Shown: positions 28,329 to 37,739 of the stretch, piece after piece
Numbering within the stretch: position 1 is the stretch's first letter
Layout: each line of letters begins with the position of its first letter
Origin: Verrucomicrobiota bacterium
GTDB lineage: Bacteria > Verrucomicrobiota > Verrucomicrobiia > Chthoniobacterales > UBA10450
Length of the DNA stretch: 64,000 nt
Reading direction: 5' to 3'
Assembly: GCA_003219695.1 (NCBI GenBank)
Contig: QHQA01000021.1
Location: 18,263 to 82,262, forward strand
Translations under genes and position numbers: made by a program
The notes under the pieces: generated by a model
Seen by the model: only the letters and a program-made list of their open reading frames with translations
The model's database searches: none
Told to the model about the DNA's origin: nothing

Positions 28329-29806
28329 TGGTTCTGTTGACGATTTTCTGCCCAATTATCGCGGCCATCGCGATCATGATGGGCGCGTCCGCGCGGAAGA
28401 CGGCATTGACCGCGTCGGTTTTGACTTTTGCAGCAGCGCTGTTTCTACTCGCGTCTTTTGATTACAGCCAACGCAATTTCCAACACGTCACCTCGTTTCC
28501 CATATCTCCCGAGTGGCGACTCAGCTTCACCACGGGCGTTGACGGCTTGAGTCTGATCATGGTGCTGCTCGGCAGTATCGTCACGCTGGCTGCGATCTGG
28601 TTCGCCGGTGCGATCGACAGATCCGAGAATGCGTTCTACGCCTGTCTTTTGTTGATTTCCGGTGGCGCAATTGGCGCATTTGCCTCGATTGATTTGTTTT
28701 TCTTTTACGCGTTTCACGAGCTCGCGCTTATTCCCACATTTTTGTTGATCGGTGTCTGGGGCGGTGCAAATCGCGTCGCAGCGGCTTGGAAGATCACAAT
28801 CTATCTGGCGATTGGCAGTTTCATTCTGCTGCTTGGCCTGATCTTGCTTTACCAAAGCGTTCCATTGGGTTGGCGCAGCTTTGACATTCGCGCGTTGCAG
28901 ACTGCCGCCGCTTCGGGCCAAATCACCGTGGACGCGCAACGCCACGTGTACCTGTTGCTGCTAATCGGGTTTGGAATCCTTATCGCGCTTTTCCCGTTTC
29001 ACACGTGGGCTCCGGAAGCGTACGCCGCTGCGCCGGCGCCCGCGGCAATGTTGCACGCCGGAGTATTAAAAAAATTCGGACTCTATGGATTGTTGAGGCT
29101 GGCCATTCCCATGCTCCCGGAAGGCGCGCGGCACTGGGCCACTCTGTTGGTGGTCCTGCTGCTGGGAAACATCATTTACGTCGGGCTGGTTACAATCGCG
29201 CAGAAACGCCTCGATTGGATGCTGGGTTACTCGAGCGTGATGCATATGGGTTACATTTTCCTCGGGATCGCCAGCGCCAACGTTCTCGGCACCACGGGTG
29301 CAGTGGTTTTGATTTTCGCTCACGGTCTTTCAATCGCGCTATTGTTTGGACTTGCGGGCGAGTTACGCAAACGGACGGGCACATTGGCTTTCGATGACCT
29401 TGGCGGGCTCGCCAAGGTGATGCCCTTCGCGGGGCTTGCCTTCGGGCTCGGCGTGTTCGCTGCAGTCGGGCTCCCGGGCTTCGCGAATTTTGCTGGCGAA
29501 ATCATGATCTTCTTTGGCGCGTTCCGGGACGGCTGGGACATCGGACACTTTCACATTTTCCAGGTCGCGACTGTGCTTGCGCTTTGGGGCGTGGTGATCT
29601 CGACGGTTTACATGCTGCGCGCCTATCGCCGCGCGTTCATGGGCGCAATAAGCGAACAGTGGAAATCACTTCTGGATCTTCGACCAGCGTTGCATGTGCC
29701 GGTGACATTGCTGGTAGCAGCGCTCCTTTGCTACGGGTTTTTCCCGCAATCCTTTGTGCGAATGGTGGCGCCCACGTTTCGCGCCTATCTGTCCGCGAAT
29801 AAATGA
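28328..29806 (+). CDS. nuoM: NADH-quinone oxidoreductase subunit M
   Basis: FPFHTWAPEAYAAAPAPAAMLHAGVLKKFGLYGLLR, YSSVMHMGYIFLGIA. TAATG overlap with nuoL. Confidence 0.95.
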   Translation: MVLLTIFCPIIAAIAIMMGASARKTALTASVLTFAAALFLLASFDYSQRNFQHVTSFPISPEWRLSFTTGVDGLSLIMVLLGSIVTLAAIWFAGAIDRSENAFYACLLLISGGAIGAFASIDLFFFYAFHELALIPTFLLIGVWGGANRVAAAWKITIYLAIGSFILLLGLILLYQSVPLGWRSFDIRALQTAAASGQITVDAQRHVYLLLLIGFGILIALFPFHTWAPEAYAAAPAPAAMLHAGVLKKFGLYGLLRLAIPMLPEGARHWATLLVVLLLGNIIYVGLVTIAQKRLDWMLGYSSVMHMGYIFLGIASANVLGTTGAVVLIFAHGLSIALLFGLAGELRKRTGTLAFDDLGGLAKVMPFAGLAFGLGVFAAVGLPGFANFAGEIMIFFGAFRDGWDIGHFHIFQVATVLALWGVVISTVYMLRAYRRAFMGAISEQWKSLLDLRPALHVPVTLLVAALLCYGFFPQSFVRMVAPTFRAYLSANK

Positions 29807-29828
29807 GAATCTATCTCGCAAACGGCGC

Positions 29829-29920
29829 TGTCATGTTGGGCGAAGCGAAACATCTCTGGTCATCTCCGTGGCAAGCGATTCAGAAATTTCCAGAGATCCT
29901 TCGCTCCGCTCAGGATGACA
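29829..29920. repeat. 92-nt palindromic element tgtcatgttgggcgaagcgaaacatctc ... gagatccttcgctccgctcaggatgaca (family F)
   Basis: Arms read directly. A same-length copy lies at 39108..39199. Confidence 0.85.
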
Positions 29921-29927
29921 TCATAAG

Positions 29928-31508
29928 ATGGGTGCAATGGTGATCACGGCGCCAGAGCTTGAGATCGCGGTGCTGGTGCTCGGGATGGTGATCCTGCTGG
30001 TGGAAGCCTTTGCCACGAAACTCGACAAACGCATTCTGGCCTTCGCCGCAATCGCCGGGCTGGCAGTGGTGCTTCTCGCGAGCTTCTTCATCGCTCCCTC
30101 TCCAGCGCCAAATCAAGCTGCAGGCTTCTGGAGTTTTTACACGGCCGACCGCGTGGCGATCTTCTTCAAGCAATTCGCGCTCCTAACGACCATCTTCGTG
30201 CTGATCATGATGACTGACTACGCACCGACGGTGCGCAGCTCCTTTGCGGAACTCAAGGAGGGACGGCTTCCCAGCCATCCAGAAGATGACCCGCGACGGC
30301 TGGGAAGCCGTCGCTCCTTGATGCCAGGTCTCGGCGAATTTTTTGCGCTCCCCGTTTTCACATGTGCGGGATTGATGTACCTGGTTTCCGCAATCGATTT
30401 CGTCTTCATCTTTGTCTCGCTCGAGCTGGTAACGGTGTCGTTTTACGTGCTGGTCAGCTTTACCCGGCGCAATCCGATGACTCTTGAAGCGGGAATGAAA
30501 TATCTGGTGCTCAGCGCGCTATCCACGGCTTTTCTCGTGTTCGGGATCGCCTGGATCTTCGGAGCGACCGGTGAAACGAATTTGCAGCGAATAACCGAGG
30601 CGTTAGCGAATCATGGCGTTGTAGCTGGGATCGTTGATCCCGGCCGCTTGGGCGCGACAATCTCGCCACCGGCAGCATCCCGACTCGTCGGGACTACAAC
30701 AATCGACCATAGCGCAGCATTGTTGGGCATGGTGTTCGTTCTGGTTGCGCTCGGCTTCAAAATCGCCGCGGTGCCATTCCAAATCTGGGTGCCCGATGTC
30801 TATCAAGGCGCACCCACGCCGGTGACTGCGTATCTCTCTGTCGGTTCGAAGGCGGCGGGCTTCGTCGTGTTACTGCGTGTTTTGCAGCCGTTCATGGTTC
30901 TCCCGGAAACGCAGCGCCTGATTGTGCTGATCGCGCTGCTCACATTGATTTACGGAAATCTCGCCGCCCTGCCGCAGGCAAACCTTAAGCGCCTGCTTGC
31001 TTACTCCAGCATCGCGCACGCTGGCTATCTGCTCATCGGCGTTGTCTGTTTCGATGTGCGCGCGGTTACTTTCTATCTTGTCGCTTACCTGCTGATGACG
31101 CTTCTCAGCTTTGCAATCTTGATCATTGTCGCCCAGCAAACCGGTGAAGAAATTTCCGATTTTGACGGCCTCGCCAGGCGTTCGCCATTTCTCGCATTTG
31201 CGATGTTGATCGGGATGGTTTCGCTCGCCGGGGTCCCGTTCACGGCGGGTTTTTTGGGAAAGTTTTACATCTTTTACGCAGCAGTCCTACAGCGCCAGAT
31301 CGCGCTCATTGTTGTCGGAGTGATCACGGTTGGCTGCGGCTTTTACTATTATCTCAAGGTCGTTCGCGCGATGTACTGGCAGTCCGCGCCCACGATGGAT
31401 AACATTCCTGTGAACGGCTTGTCACGATTCGCAATCAGCGCGTTAATCATCGCTACCATTTTGCTGGGTATTTTCCCGCAGCCAATTTTCGACGCGTTGA
31501 AGCGTTAA
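29928..31508 (+). CDS. nuoN: NADH-quinone oxidoreductase subunit N, carrying two loop insertions
   Basis: GFKIAAVPFQIWVPDVYQGAPTPVTAYLSVGSKAAGF, LAYSSIAHAGYLLIG. 526 aa; the palindromic inserts are described in the findings. Confidence 0.9.
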   Translation: MGAMVITAPELEIAVLVLGMVILLVEAFATKLDKRILAFAAIAGLAVVLLASFFIAPSPAPNQAAGFWSFYTADRVAIFFKQFALLTTIFVLIMMTDYAPTVRSSFAELKEGRLPSHPEDDPRRLGSRRSLMPGLGEFFALPVFTCAGLMYLVSAIDFVFIFVSLELVTVSFYVLVSFTRRNPMTLEAGMKYLVLSALSTAFLVFGIAWIFGATGETNLQRITEALANHGVVAGIVDPGRLGATISPPAASRLVGTTTIDHSAALLGMVFVLVALGFKIAAVPFQIWVPDVYQGAPTPVTAYLSVGSKAAGFVVLLRVLQPFMVLPETQRLIVLIALLTLIYGNLAALPQANLKRLLAYSSIAHAGYLLIGVVCFDVRAVTFYLVAYLLMTLLSFAILIIVAQQTGEEISDFDGLARRSPFLAFAMLIGMVSLAGVPFTAGFLGKFYIFYAAVLQRQIALIVVGVITVGCGFYYYLKVVRAMYWQSAPTMDNIPVNGLSRFAISALIIATILLGIFPQPIFDALKR

Positions 31509-31559
31509 AAAGAGGAACATAGGGCTGTGCCCTGTGGGGCCCAGCGGAGTTGCACTCTG

Positions 31560-31853
31560 CTACCCTGAGGGAGAACAAAGTTGGATCAACCAATCGCCAT
31601 TAGGCTGGCCGATGATCTTGATCAGAACGACGGCATTATCGCCGGTGGCGAGCGCGTTCGGGCTTGCACCTGGTTGGGTGTAGCCATCGATGATCACAGG
31701 CTGTTTAGGCCTAAACAAAAGTTGCCTGATCGAGCCAGACAATCGGTAGCGCGATCGTGCAAACGTGCGTCGTCGGGTCGCAGCCGGATCGCTCGATGGG
31801 ATGTTGAAGGCGATCAGGTTCGTCGTGTTCCGCGGCGACGCACTGGCGTTCAC
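31560..31853 (-). pseudogene. Possible remnant of a large beta-helix/adhesin-like gene
   Basis: The ORF contains VIIDGYTQPGASPNALATGDNAVVLIKIIG, a repeat unit seen in large surface proteins, with no plausible N-terminus or context. Confidence 0.3.
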
Positions 31854-31930
31854 GAAGTTGCTTTTAAGACAGGCGTGCCGACAGGCCCGACACCATTAAA
31901 AGGCCCGCACAGACTGCAAAGGCGGTGCTT

Positions 31931-32920
31931 TTAGTACCGCCCCGCGCGCTCGAGCAAGGGTTGCCACCAGGAGGAATTGTCGATGTACCACTGGATGGTC
32001 CCGTTGAGTTCTTCCTTGAAACTGTGGCGCGGTTTCCAGTTCAATTCCTGCTGCGCAAAGGAAGAATCGATCGCGTAGCGTCGGTCGTGGCCGAGCCGGT
32101 CGGGCACAAAAGAAATGAGGCTGTGCGGTTTGCCCAGCTTGTCGAGAATCATTTTCACCACGTCGAGGTTCACCATCTCGGTGTTGCCGCCGAAATTGTA
32201 AATCTGCCCGGGTTTGCCTTCAAAAAGAGCAGCCACAATCGCGGCGCAATGATCGTCCACGTGGATCCAGTCGCGCACATTCATGCCGTCGCCATATACC
32301 GGGAGCGGTTCCTCGCGGAGCGCTTTGATGATCATGAGCGGAATCAATTTTTCCGGGAACTGATACGGGCCGTAATTGTTCGAGCACCGGGTCACCAGCA
32401 CCTCCTGGCCGTACGTTTTGTACGAAGCCAGCACCAGAAGATCGGCGCCGGCTTTGCTGGCTGAATACGGCGAACTCGGATCGAGCGGTGACTGTTCGGT
32501 AAATTTGCCGTCCGGTCCAAGCGAGCCATAAACTTCGTCCGTTGAAATTTGGATGAATCGCTGAACGCCGTGGCGGCGCGCGCAGTCCAACAGCACGCTG
32601 GTGCCAATGACGTTTGTGTGGATGAAATTGAGCGGATCGTTGATGCTTCGGTCCACGTGCGATTCTGCTGCGAAATTGATCACCGCATAGAATTGATGCT
32701 CGGTCATCAGCGCGTCCATCAGGTCGGCATTGGCAATATCGGCTTTGAAAAATTCGTAACGCTCGCCATGTTCTTCGACCACGCCATCGAGATTGGCGAG
32801 GTTGCCCGCGTAGGTGAGCACATCGACGTTGGTCACGTACGCGGGCTTGTAATGTTGTAAAATATACCGAATAAAATTACTCCCGATGAATCCGCAGCCA
32901 CCGGTCACAAGGATGCGCAT
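31931..32920 (-). CDS. rfbB: dTDP-glucose 4,6-dehydratase
   Basis: MRILVTGGCGFIGSNF, STDEVYG, YSASKAGADLL. ATG 32920 inside ORF 31931..33121. Confidence 0.9.
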   Translation of the reverse strand: MRILVTGGCGFIGSNFIRYILQHYKPAYVTNVDVLTYAGNLANLDGVVEEHGERYEFFKADIANADLMDALMTEHQFYAVINFAAESHVDRSINDPLNFIHTNVIGTSVLLDCARRHGVQRFIQISTDEVYGSLGPDGKFTEQSPLDPSSPYSASKAGADLLVLASYKTYGQEVLVTRCSNNYGPYQFPEKLIPLMIIKALREEPLPVYGDGMNVRDWIHVDDHCAAIVAALFEGKPGQIYNFGGNTEMVNLDVVKMILDKLGKPHSLISFVPDRLGHDRRYAIDSSFAQQELNWKPRHSFKEELNGTIQWYIDNSSWWQPLLERAGRY

Positions 32921-32975
32921 GGCAGCGCGTACTAGCAGCGCCGAGCAACGCGCGCCAGTAGAATCTGCTTTCGCA

Positions 32976-34544
32976 ATGGCGGGCGTGCCCGATCTGCTCC
33001 AACGGTGCCGGGCTCGCCTGGCGGGAACCGACTGGGTCCCGTGGGCAATCCTGGGCGTGGCAGTGTTTCTGCGCTTTTTCCTGCTCGCTATCAAGCCGCC
33101 GCATTTCGATGAGGGCATCAACGGCTGGTTTGTCGATCAGGTGATGAAGAATGGGTTTTACCGGTACGACCCGACCAATTACCACGGGCCGCTTCATTTT
33201 TATGTCCTGCTGCTATCGCAGAGTTTATTTGGCCGAAATCTGTGGGCGATACGGTTGCCTGTCGTGCTAGTGAGCATCGGTTGCGTCTGGCTGACGTTGA
33301 AGTTCGAGCCGTTGGTGGGACGAACCGTTAGCCGGATCGCGGCGCTGGCCATCGCGATCTCGCCCGGATTCGGGTTCTACGGGCGCTACGCAATTCACGA
33401 AGTGTGGCTGCAATTATTCTCGATGATGTTCATCCTGGGACTGCTCGGCCTATGGCGATCGGGCACGTTGAAGTATCTCTGGTATGCGGGCATGGGAATA
33501 GCCGGCATGATTCTGACCAAGGAAACCTATGCCATCCATCTCGCCTGCGCGGTAATTGCCATTCCGGTCCTGATCATTTCCCATGCTCTAAACCGCGTTC
33601 CAGATGCCAAGCCGGCAAAGCAAACATGGCATTGGATCGATCTCGCAATGATCGTCGGTGTGGGCGCTGCCGCGATCGTATTTTTCTATTCGGGGACTTT
33701 CTTTAACTGGAGTGGCGTTAAAGGGCTGTATCAGGCGTTCAAGGCGTGGACCGAGACTGGCGCGGCCGGTCACGGCCATGAGAAGCCATGGGATTACTGG
33801 TTCAAAATCATGGGACCGTCATTGGAATTCGGCCGGGCTGACTTTTTTGGTTACGAACTGCCAATGCTCGCCGGATTAATTCTTTGCGTGTTTTGCCAAA
33901 AATTTAAGAACCTCAGTCTGCGTTATCTCGCGATCTACGGCGTGGGAACCTTGATCGCCTACAGCTACGTCAAATACAAGACGCCATGGTGCATCGTCAG
34001 TTTTGGCTGGCCGTTCTTGGTTATCTTTAGCGCGGCGGTTTTGTTGGTCCGTCCGAAAAATCTTCGCAGAGTTTATGTCGCGACAGCCGTCCTTTTGTGC
34101 GTTTCGCTCGGCTCATCCATTTGGTTGAACTACTTCCGCTGCTCGTCGCCTGACGAGCCTTACGCGTACGTGCAGACGTACAACGACATGTTTAAACTGA
34201 GCAAACCGCTGCTGACGCTGGCGAAGCGCGATCCGGCCTACTATCATCTGACAGGACATCTGATCCGGTCCAGCATTTATCCGCTTCCGTGGGTGCTGGG
34301 CGATTTCGACAGGGTGGGCTACTACGAAGGCGGAAATATGCCGGCGAATCTTGATGGCGATTTTCTCCTCGTGCAGCAAGATAAAATCAAAGATGTCGAA
34401 TCGAAGTTGAAAGGCGCCTATTACACCGAGACGATGACGCTTCGTAACTATCAGGACCCATCCAAGATCTATTTCAGCGCCAAAGTGTTTAAAGAATTCT
34501 TCCCCGGCAAAGCGCCGGATTTTGTCGGAAAACCGCCAGGTTAG
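32976..34544 (+). CDS. GT-C fold membrane glycosyltransferase-like protein (GT39/TIGR03663-like)
   Basis: LRFFLLAIKPPHFDEGINGWFVDQ...YDPTNYHGPLHFY, then multiple TM helices and a soluble C-terminal domain. ATG 32976 avoids overlap with rfbB. Confidence 0.55.
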   Translation: MAGVPDLLQRCRARLAGTDWVPWAILGVAVFLRFFLLAIKPPHFDEGINGWFVDQVMKNGFYRYDPTNYHGPLHFYVLLLSQSLFGRNLWAIRLPVVLVSIGCVWLTLKFEPLVGRTVSRIAALAIAISPGFGFYGRYAIHEVWLQLFSMMFILGLLGLWRSGTLKYLWYAGMGIAGMILTKETYAIHLACAVIAIPVLIISHALNRVPDAKPAKQTWHWIDLAMIVGVGAAAIVFFYSGTFFNWSGVKGLYQAFKAWTETGAAGHGHEKPWDYWFKIMGPSLEFGRADFFGYELPMLAGLILCVFCQKFKNLSLRYLAIYGVGTLIAYSYVKYKTPWCIVSFGWPFLVIFSAAVLLVRPKNLRRVYVATAVLLCVSLGSSIWLNYFRCSSPDEPYAYVQTYNDMFKLSKPLLTLAKRDPAYYHLTGHLIRSSIYPLPWVLGDFDRVGYYEGGNMPANLDGDFLLVQQDKIKDVESKLKGAYYTETMTLRNYQDPSKIYFSAKVFKEFFPGKAPDFVGKPPG

Positions 34545-34562
34545 GCAAACGTCGTTTTTGGG

Positions 34563-36707
34563 ATGAAGTGTTTGTCGGCTGTTCTCACTTTTGTTAATCT
34601 GTCGGTGGTGTGCGGCCTTCTTCTGGGAATGGCCGGGAGAGGCTTGAACACCCTCACCGCGGCACTCGCATTGGTGTGCGGCGTTGCATTTGCGGTTGCG
34701 GCTTATCTCGGAACTTCCGGCGCGGCGGTTTGGACCAAGACTGCAACGCGCCTGGCAGTAGAACCAAAGCCGCGAAATCGTCCGGAGCCGCAAGACACGC
34801 AGAACACAGGCATTTCATCGGCGTTAATGCGCTATCGCCGTTTTTGGTTCTGGGCAGTGGCTGTATGCTTCGCGGTTTTTGCGGTGCGATCCTATTGCTG
34901 GCTGTTTTACATCGACGGCAGCGACTACAAGATTCAATCGCCAAACAACCTTGGCGATCTCTCGCTGCATCTGACGTTGATCAAAAATTTCGCGAACGGC
35001 GTCCCGCTTTGGCCGGACAACCCCATCTACGTTTTCAGCAAGCTGCGGTATCCGGCAGGAATAGATTTGTTCAACGCACTGCTTTCCCTGATTCACATTG
35101 ACCTGCTGACCGGACTGGTTTGGGTCGGTTTGGTTGCGTCGCTCGCAACGTTTTATGCGTTTTACCGCTGGGGCGGTACCTTTGGTGTTGCAGGTTTTTT
35201 GTTCAACGGCGGAATAGCTGGCTTCCAGTTTCTGAAGACGTGGAAGTTTTTGGATTATCAAGGCACGGCGGCGGATATCGCCCACAGACCGATCGCATGG
35301 AAAAGCATCCCTCTGTCCATGTTCGTGACGCAACGCGGCTGGCTTTACGCGATCCCGGCAGGCGTCTTCCTGCTCTGGCATTGGCGCGAAAAATTTTTTC
35401 GCCAAAATCCTGTAGCCGGGGGCATTGACCCCGGCTCGCCGGCTCTGGCTGAAGACGCCTCTTCCCCGGCCGCGGTCACTGACCGCGGCTACAATAAAGG
35501 CCCCCTGCCTTTCTGGGTCGCGCTGTCCGTTTACGCATCAATGCCTCTGTTCAACCTCCACACGTTTATCGCCCTAACGATCGTCCTGATTTTCGCGCTG
35601 TTTCTTGAGCGTCCCAGTGAAATCAAGTTCATCGTGGGTTTGACTCGCAGCGAAGGCAGCTCCGGACTCGGTCGCCTCATTTCGCACCCGAGAAGGTGGC
35701 CGCAAATTTTCCGTGGCGCACCGATCCGCAGTCACGCCGCCGCGATGCTGGCCCTTGCGTTGATTCCAGCAAGCTTTCTTGTTTGGCTGGTTACCGATCG
35801 GTTTCGTGCGGCGTCGGTGCTCCAATGGCATCCTGGTTGGGCGCAGGATTCGCCGGATCTTGCCGCTCCTTTTTTCCGGATGGGCGGAAGTGCGAATTTT
35901 GGATCTGCCACTACGTTTGGTTTGCTATTGCAAAAAACGTGGAACGGCGTCATCGCGCCGTTTTTTCAATTTTGGCTGCCAAACTTCGGCTTGTGGGTTC
36001 CCTTGGCGATGGCGCTCGTGGGATTGGTCGGCTGGCGTATTTGGAAAACCGGCTGGCGTTGGGGTGATAGACCGCCAGCTGACGTAGCGTTTGTCTTGCC
36101 CGCTGTTGTAATCTTCGGCATGGGTTATTTTTTCAAAACCGCGCCATGGGAATGGGACAATCTCAAGCTGATGGTGTGGGGCTACTTTCTCGTTCTGCCC
36201 TTCCTGTGGAGCGATATACTCGGGCGCTGGGCTTTTCCGGAACGAGCGGCCATTTGTCTTGCACTCTTCGGTTCGGGATTTGTCTCCTTGCTCGGCGGAT
36301 TGTCTGCCGGGCATCCGGGGTTTGGACTCATCGAGCGCGCGAGGCTCGACTACGTTGGCCAGGTGGTTCGGCCTTTGCCGGTGGAAGCCCGGTTCGCCGC
36401 CTGGCCCACGTATAATCACCCGCTGTTGCTACAAGGCCGCAAAGTTGTCCTGGGATATCCGGGTCATCTCTGGACGGAAGGTTTCGATTACGCCCAGGCA
36501 AACAATCAACTGACGGCCTTGATGAATGGCGCAGCCAACTGGCGCGACGCCGCGAAAGCTCTGGATGTCCGCTATATCTTTTGGGGTCAAGACGAAAGGA
36601 CTAACTACCAATCGAGCAGCCGGCCTTGGGAAGGTAAGGCGTTCCTGGTCGCGTCCGGCGATTGGGGCGCAATTTACGATCTCGCGCGGGAAGCCCCTTC
36701 CCACTAA
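34563..36707 (+). CDS. Large polytopic membrane protein of unknown function, with an in-frame REP insertion
   Basis: 714 aa with more than 10 TM helices, downstream of the GT-C-like gene. No catalytic motif recognised. Confidence 0.5.
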   Translation: MKCLSAVLTFVNLSVVCGLLLGMAGRGLNTLTAALALVCGVAFAVAAYLGTSGAAVWTKTATRLAVEPKPRNRPEPQDTQNTGISSALMRYRRFWFWAVAVCFAVFAVRSYCWLFYIDGSDYKIQSPNNLGDLSLHLTLIKNFANGVPLWPDNPIYVFSKLRYPAGIDLFNALLSLIHIDLLTGLVWVGLVASLATFYAFYRWGGTFGVAGFLFNGGIAGFQFLKTWKFLDYQGTAADIAHRPIAWKSIPLSMFVTQRGWLYAIPAGVFLLWHWREKFFRQNPVAGGIDPGSPALAEDASSPAAVTDRGYNKGPLPFWVALSVYASMPLFNLHTFIALTIVLIFALFLERPSEIKFIVGLTRSEGSSGLGRLISHPRRWPQIFRGAPIRSHAAAMLALALIPASFLVWLVTDRFRAASVLQWHPGWAQDSPDLAAPFFRMGGSANFGSATTFGLLLQKTWNGVIAPFFQFWLPNFGLWVPLAMALVGLVGWRIWKTGWRWGDRPPADVAFVLPAVVIFGMGYFFKTAPWEWDNLKLMVWGYFLVLPFLWSDILGRWAFPERAAICLALFGSGFVSLLGGLSAGHPGFGLIERARLDYVGQVVRPLPVEARFAAWPTYNHPLLLQGRKVVLGYPGHLWTEGFDYAQANNQLTALMNGAANWRDAAKALDVRYIFWGQDERTNYQSSSRPWEGKAFLVASGDWGAIYDLAREAPSH
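35411..35493. repeat. Family B element TGTAGCCG...CGGCTACA inside the coding frame
   Basis: tgtagccgggggcattgaccccggctcgcc ... gcggtcactgaccgcggctaca is translated as VAGGIDPGSPALAEDASSPAAVTDRGYN. Confidence 0.75.
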
Positions 36708-36711
36708 GACG

Positions 36712-37476
36712 TCACGCCTGCTTTCCGATAGAGGAATTCCTCATGGAAGCGACAATCTTTCGCCGCACGCGGAAGGGGTGCGCAAGGAAGACAAAATAGA
36801 TCGCGCTGACAAGATCGCTGAAACTGCAGGGCGGACTCGTTAGGCGCAACGGGCCGCTGCGTAAGGCCGTGAAAACATTCTCCACCGTAAGCGCAAGCGG
36901 CGTCGGGATACTGGTGTAATGATGTCCGAAAGCGTGCAGCCGATGCGCGTCGGAAGTAGCGATCAAAGGCTTGGTAAATCGCGATGCCACTCTTTTGGCG
37001 CGGCGATTTGGATTGAACAGTCCGAAGTGAAAATGACAGACCTCGATCGCGTCGAAACAATCTATTTCTGCGAATAATCGCGATCCAATTGAGCCGCCAA
37101 AAAAATAAAACGGGTGCGGCGCAATGGTGAAAATGGAATTGCCGCGCCGCGCCCGCAGCCGTCGCAAGTCGTCGAAATCCCTTAACTCCGCGGCTTCCTC
37201 CGCGGTCACATTGAGCACGATCACGTCCGCGCCGCACAAGCGCATCTCGGCCGCGGGGATGAGCAGAATGCCCATCGCCGCCGCATCGGCGAACACTTCC
37301 TTCCGGTCGAACACCGCATCGTGCAGCGTAATGGCGAGCACGCCAAAACCCAGCGAGCGCGCCCGTTCGAGCAATTGATGCGCGGAAAAATCAACGGCGT
37401 CCTTCGGATCATCGAGGGTGTGAATGTGCAGATCGATCTTGATCCAGTCTCCATTGTTGATCTTGCTCCTGCTCAT
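36712..37476 (-). CDS. PHP-domain metal-dependent phosphoesterase
   Basis: WIKIDLHIHTLDDPKD, LAITLHD, PHPFYF, TSDAHRLHAFG. ATG 37476 inside ORF 36712..37617. Confidence 0.7.
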   Translation of the reverse strand: MSRSKINNGDWIKIDLHIHTLDDPKDAVDFSAHQLLERARSLGFGVLAITLHDAVFDRKEVFADAAAMGILLIPAAEMRLCGADVIVLNVTAEEAAELRDFDDLRRLRARRGNSIFTIAPHPFYFFGGSIGSRLFAEIDCFDAIEVCHFHFGLFNPNRRAKRVASRFTKPLIATSDAHRLHAFGHHYTSIPTPLALTVENVFTALRSGPLRLTSPPCSFSDLVSAIYFVFLAHPFRVRRKIVASMRNSSIGKQA

Positions 37477-37571
37477 GCTTGTGCTCCCGCTTGTAATCGT
37501 GCCGGTGCTCAAAGCTAATCGCGAATCGGTAGGATTCGAGTTTCGAGCACGGGCAAGAGTAAGAATAAGAA
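37459..37571 (-). repeat. Family D (GAGCAY) hairpin spanning the PHP gene start
   Basis: Minus strand: cttattcttactcttgcccgtgctcg ... gagcaccggcacgattacaagcgggagcacaagcATGagcaggagcaag. Confidence 0.7.
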
Positions 37572-37644
37572 GTCTGGCCGACAAAGCGCTTGCGACGGCC
37601 ACCGCTCCATTTACCATTCAGCAGTCACTATTTACATTCTGAAA

Positions 37645-37726
37645 GCTCGGGTGGTGGAACTGGCAGACACGTACGTTTGAGGGGCGTATGCCGAAAGGCT
37701 TGCGGGTTCAAGTCCCGCCCCGAGCA
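37645..37726 (+). tRNA. tRNA-Leu (anticodon GAG)
   Basis: Folded by hand: acceptor GCTCGGG/CCCGAGC, anticodon stem TACGT/GCGTA, loop TTGAGGG, long variable arm, T-arm GCGGG-TTCAAGT-CCCGC, discriminator A. Confidence 0.9.
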
Positions 37727-37739
37727 CGATTTTAATTTC

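Noticed and set aside
31581-31934. 117-aa plus-strand ORF between nuoN and rfbB
   Set aside because: It overlaps the minus-strand adhesin-like fragment and has no motifs. The region is better explained as a degraded remnant.
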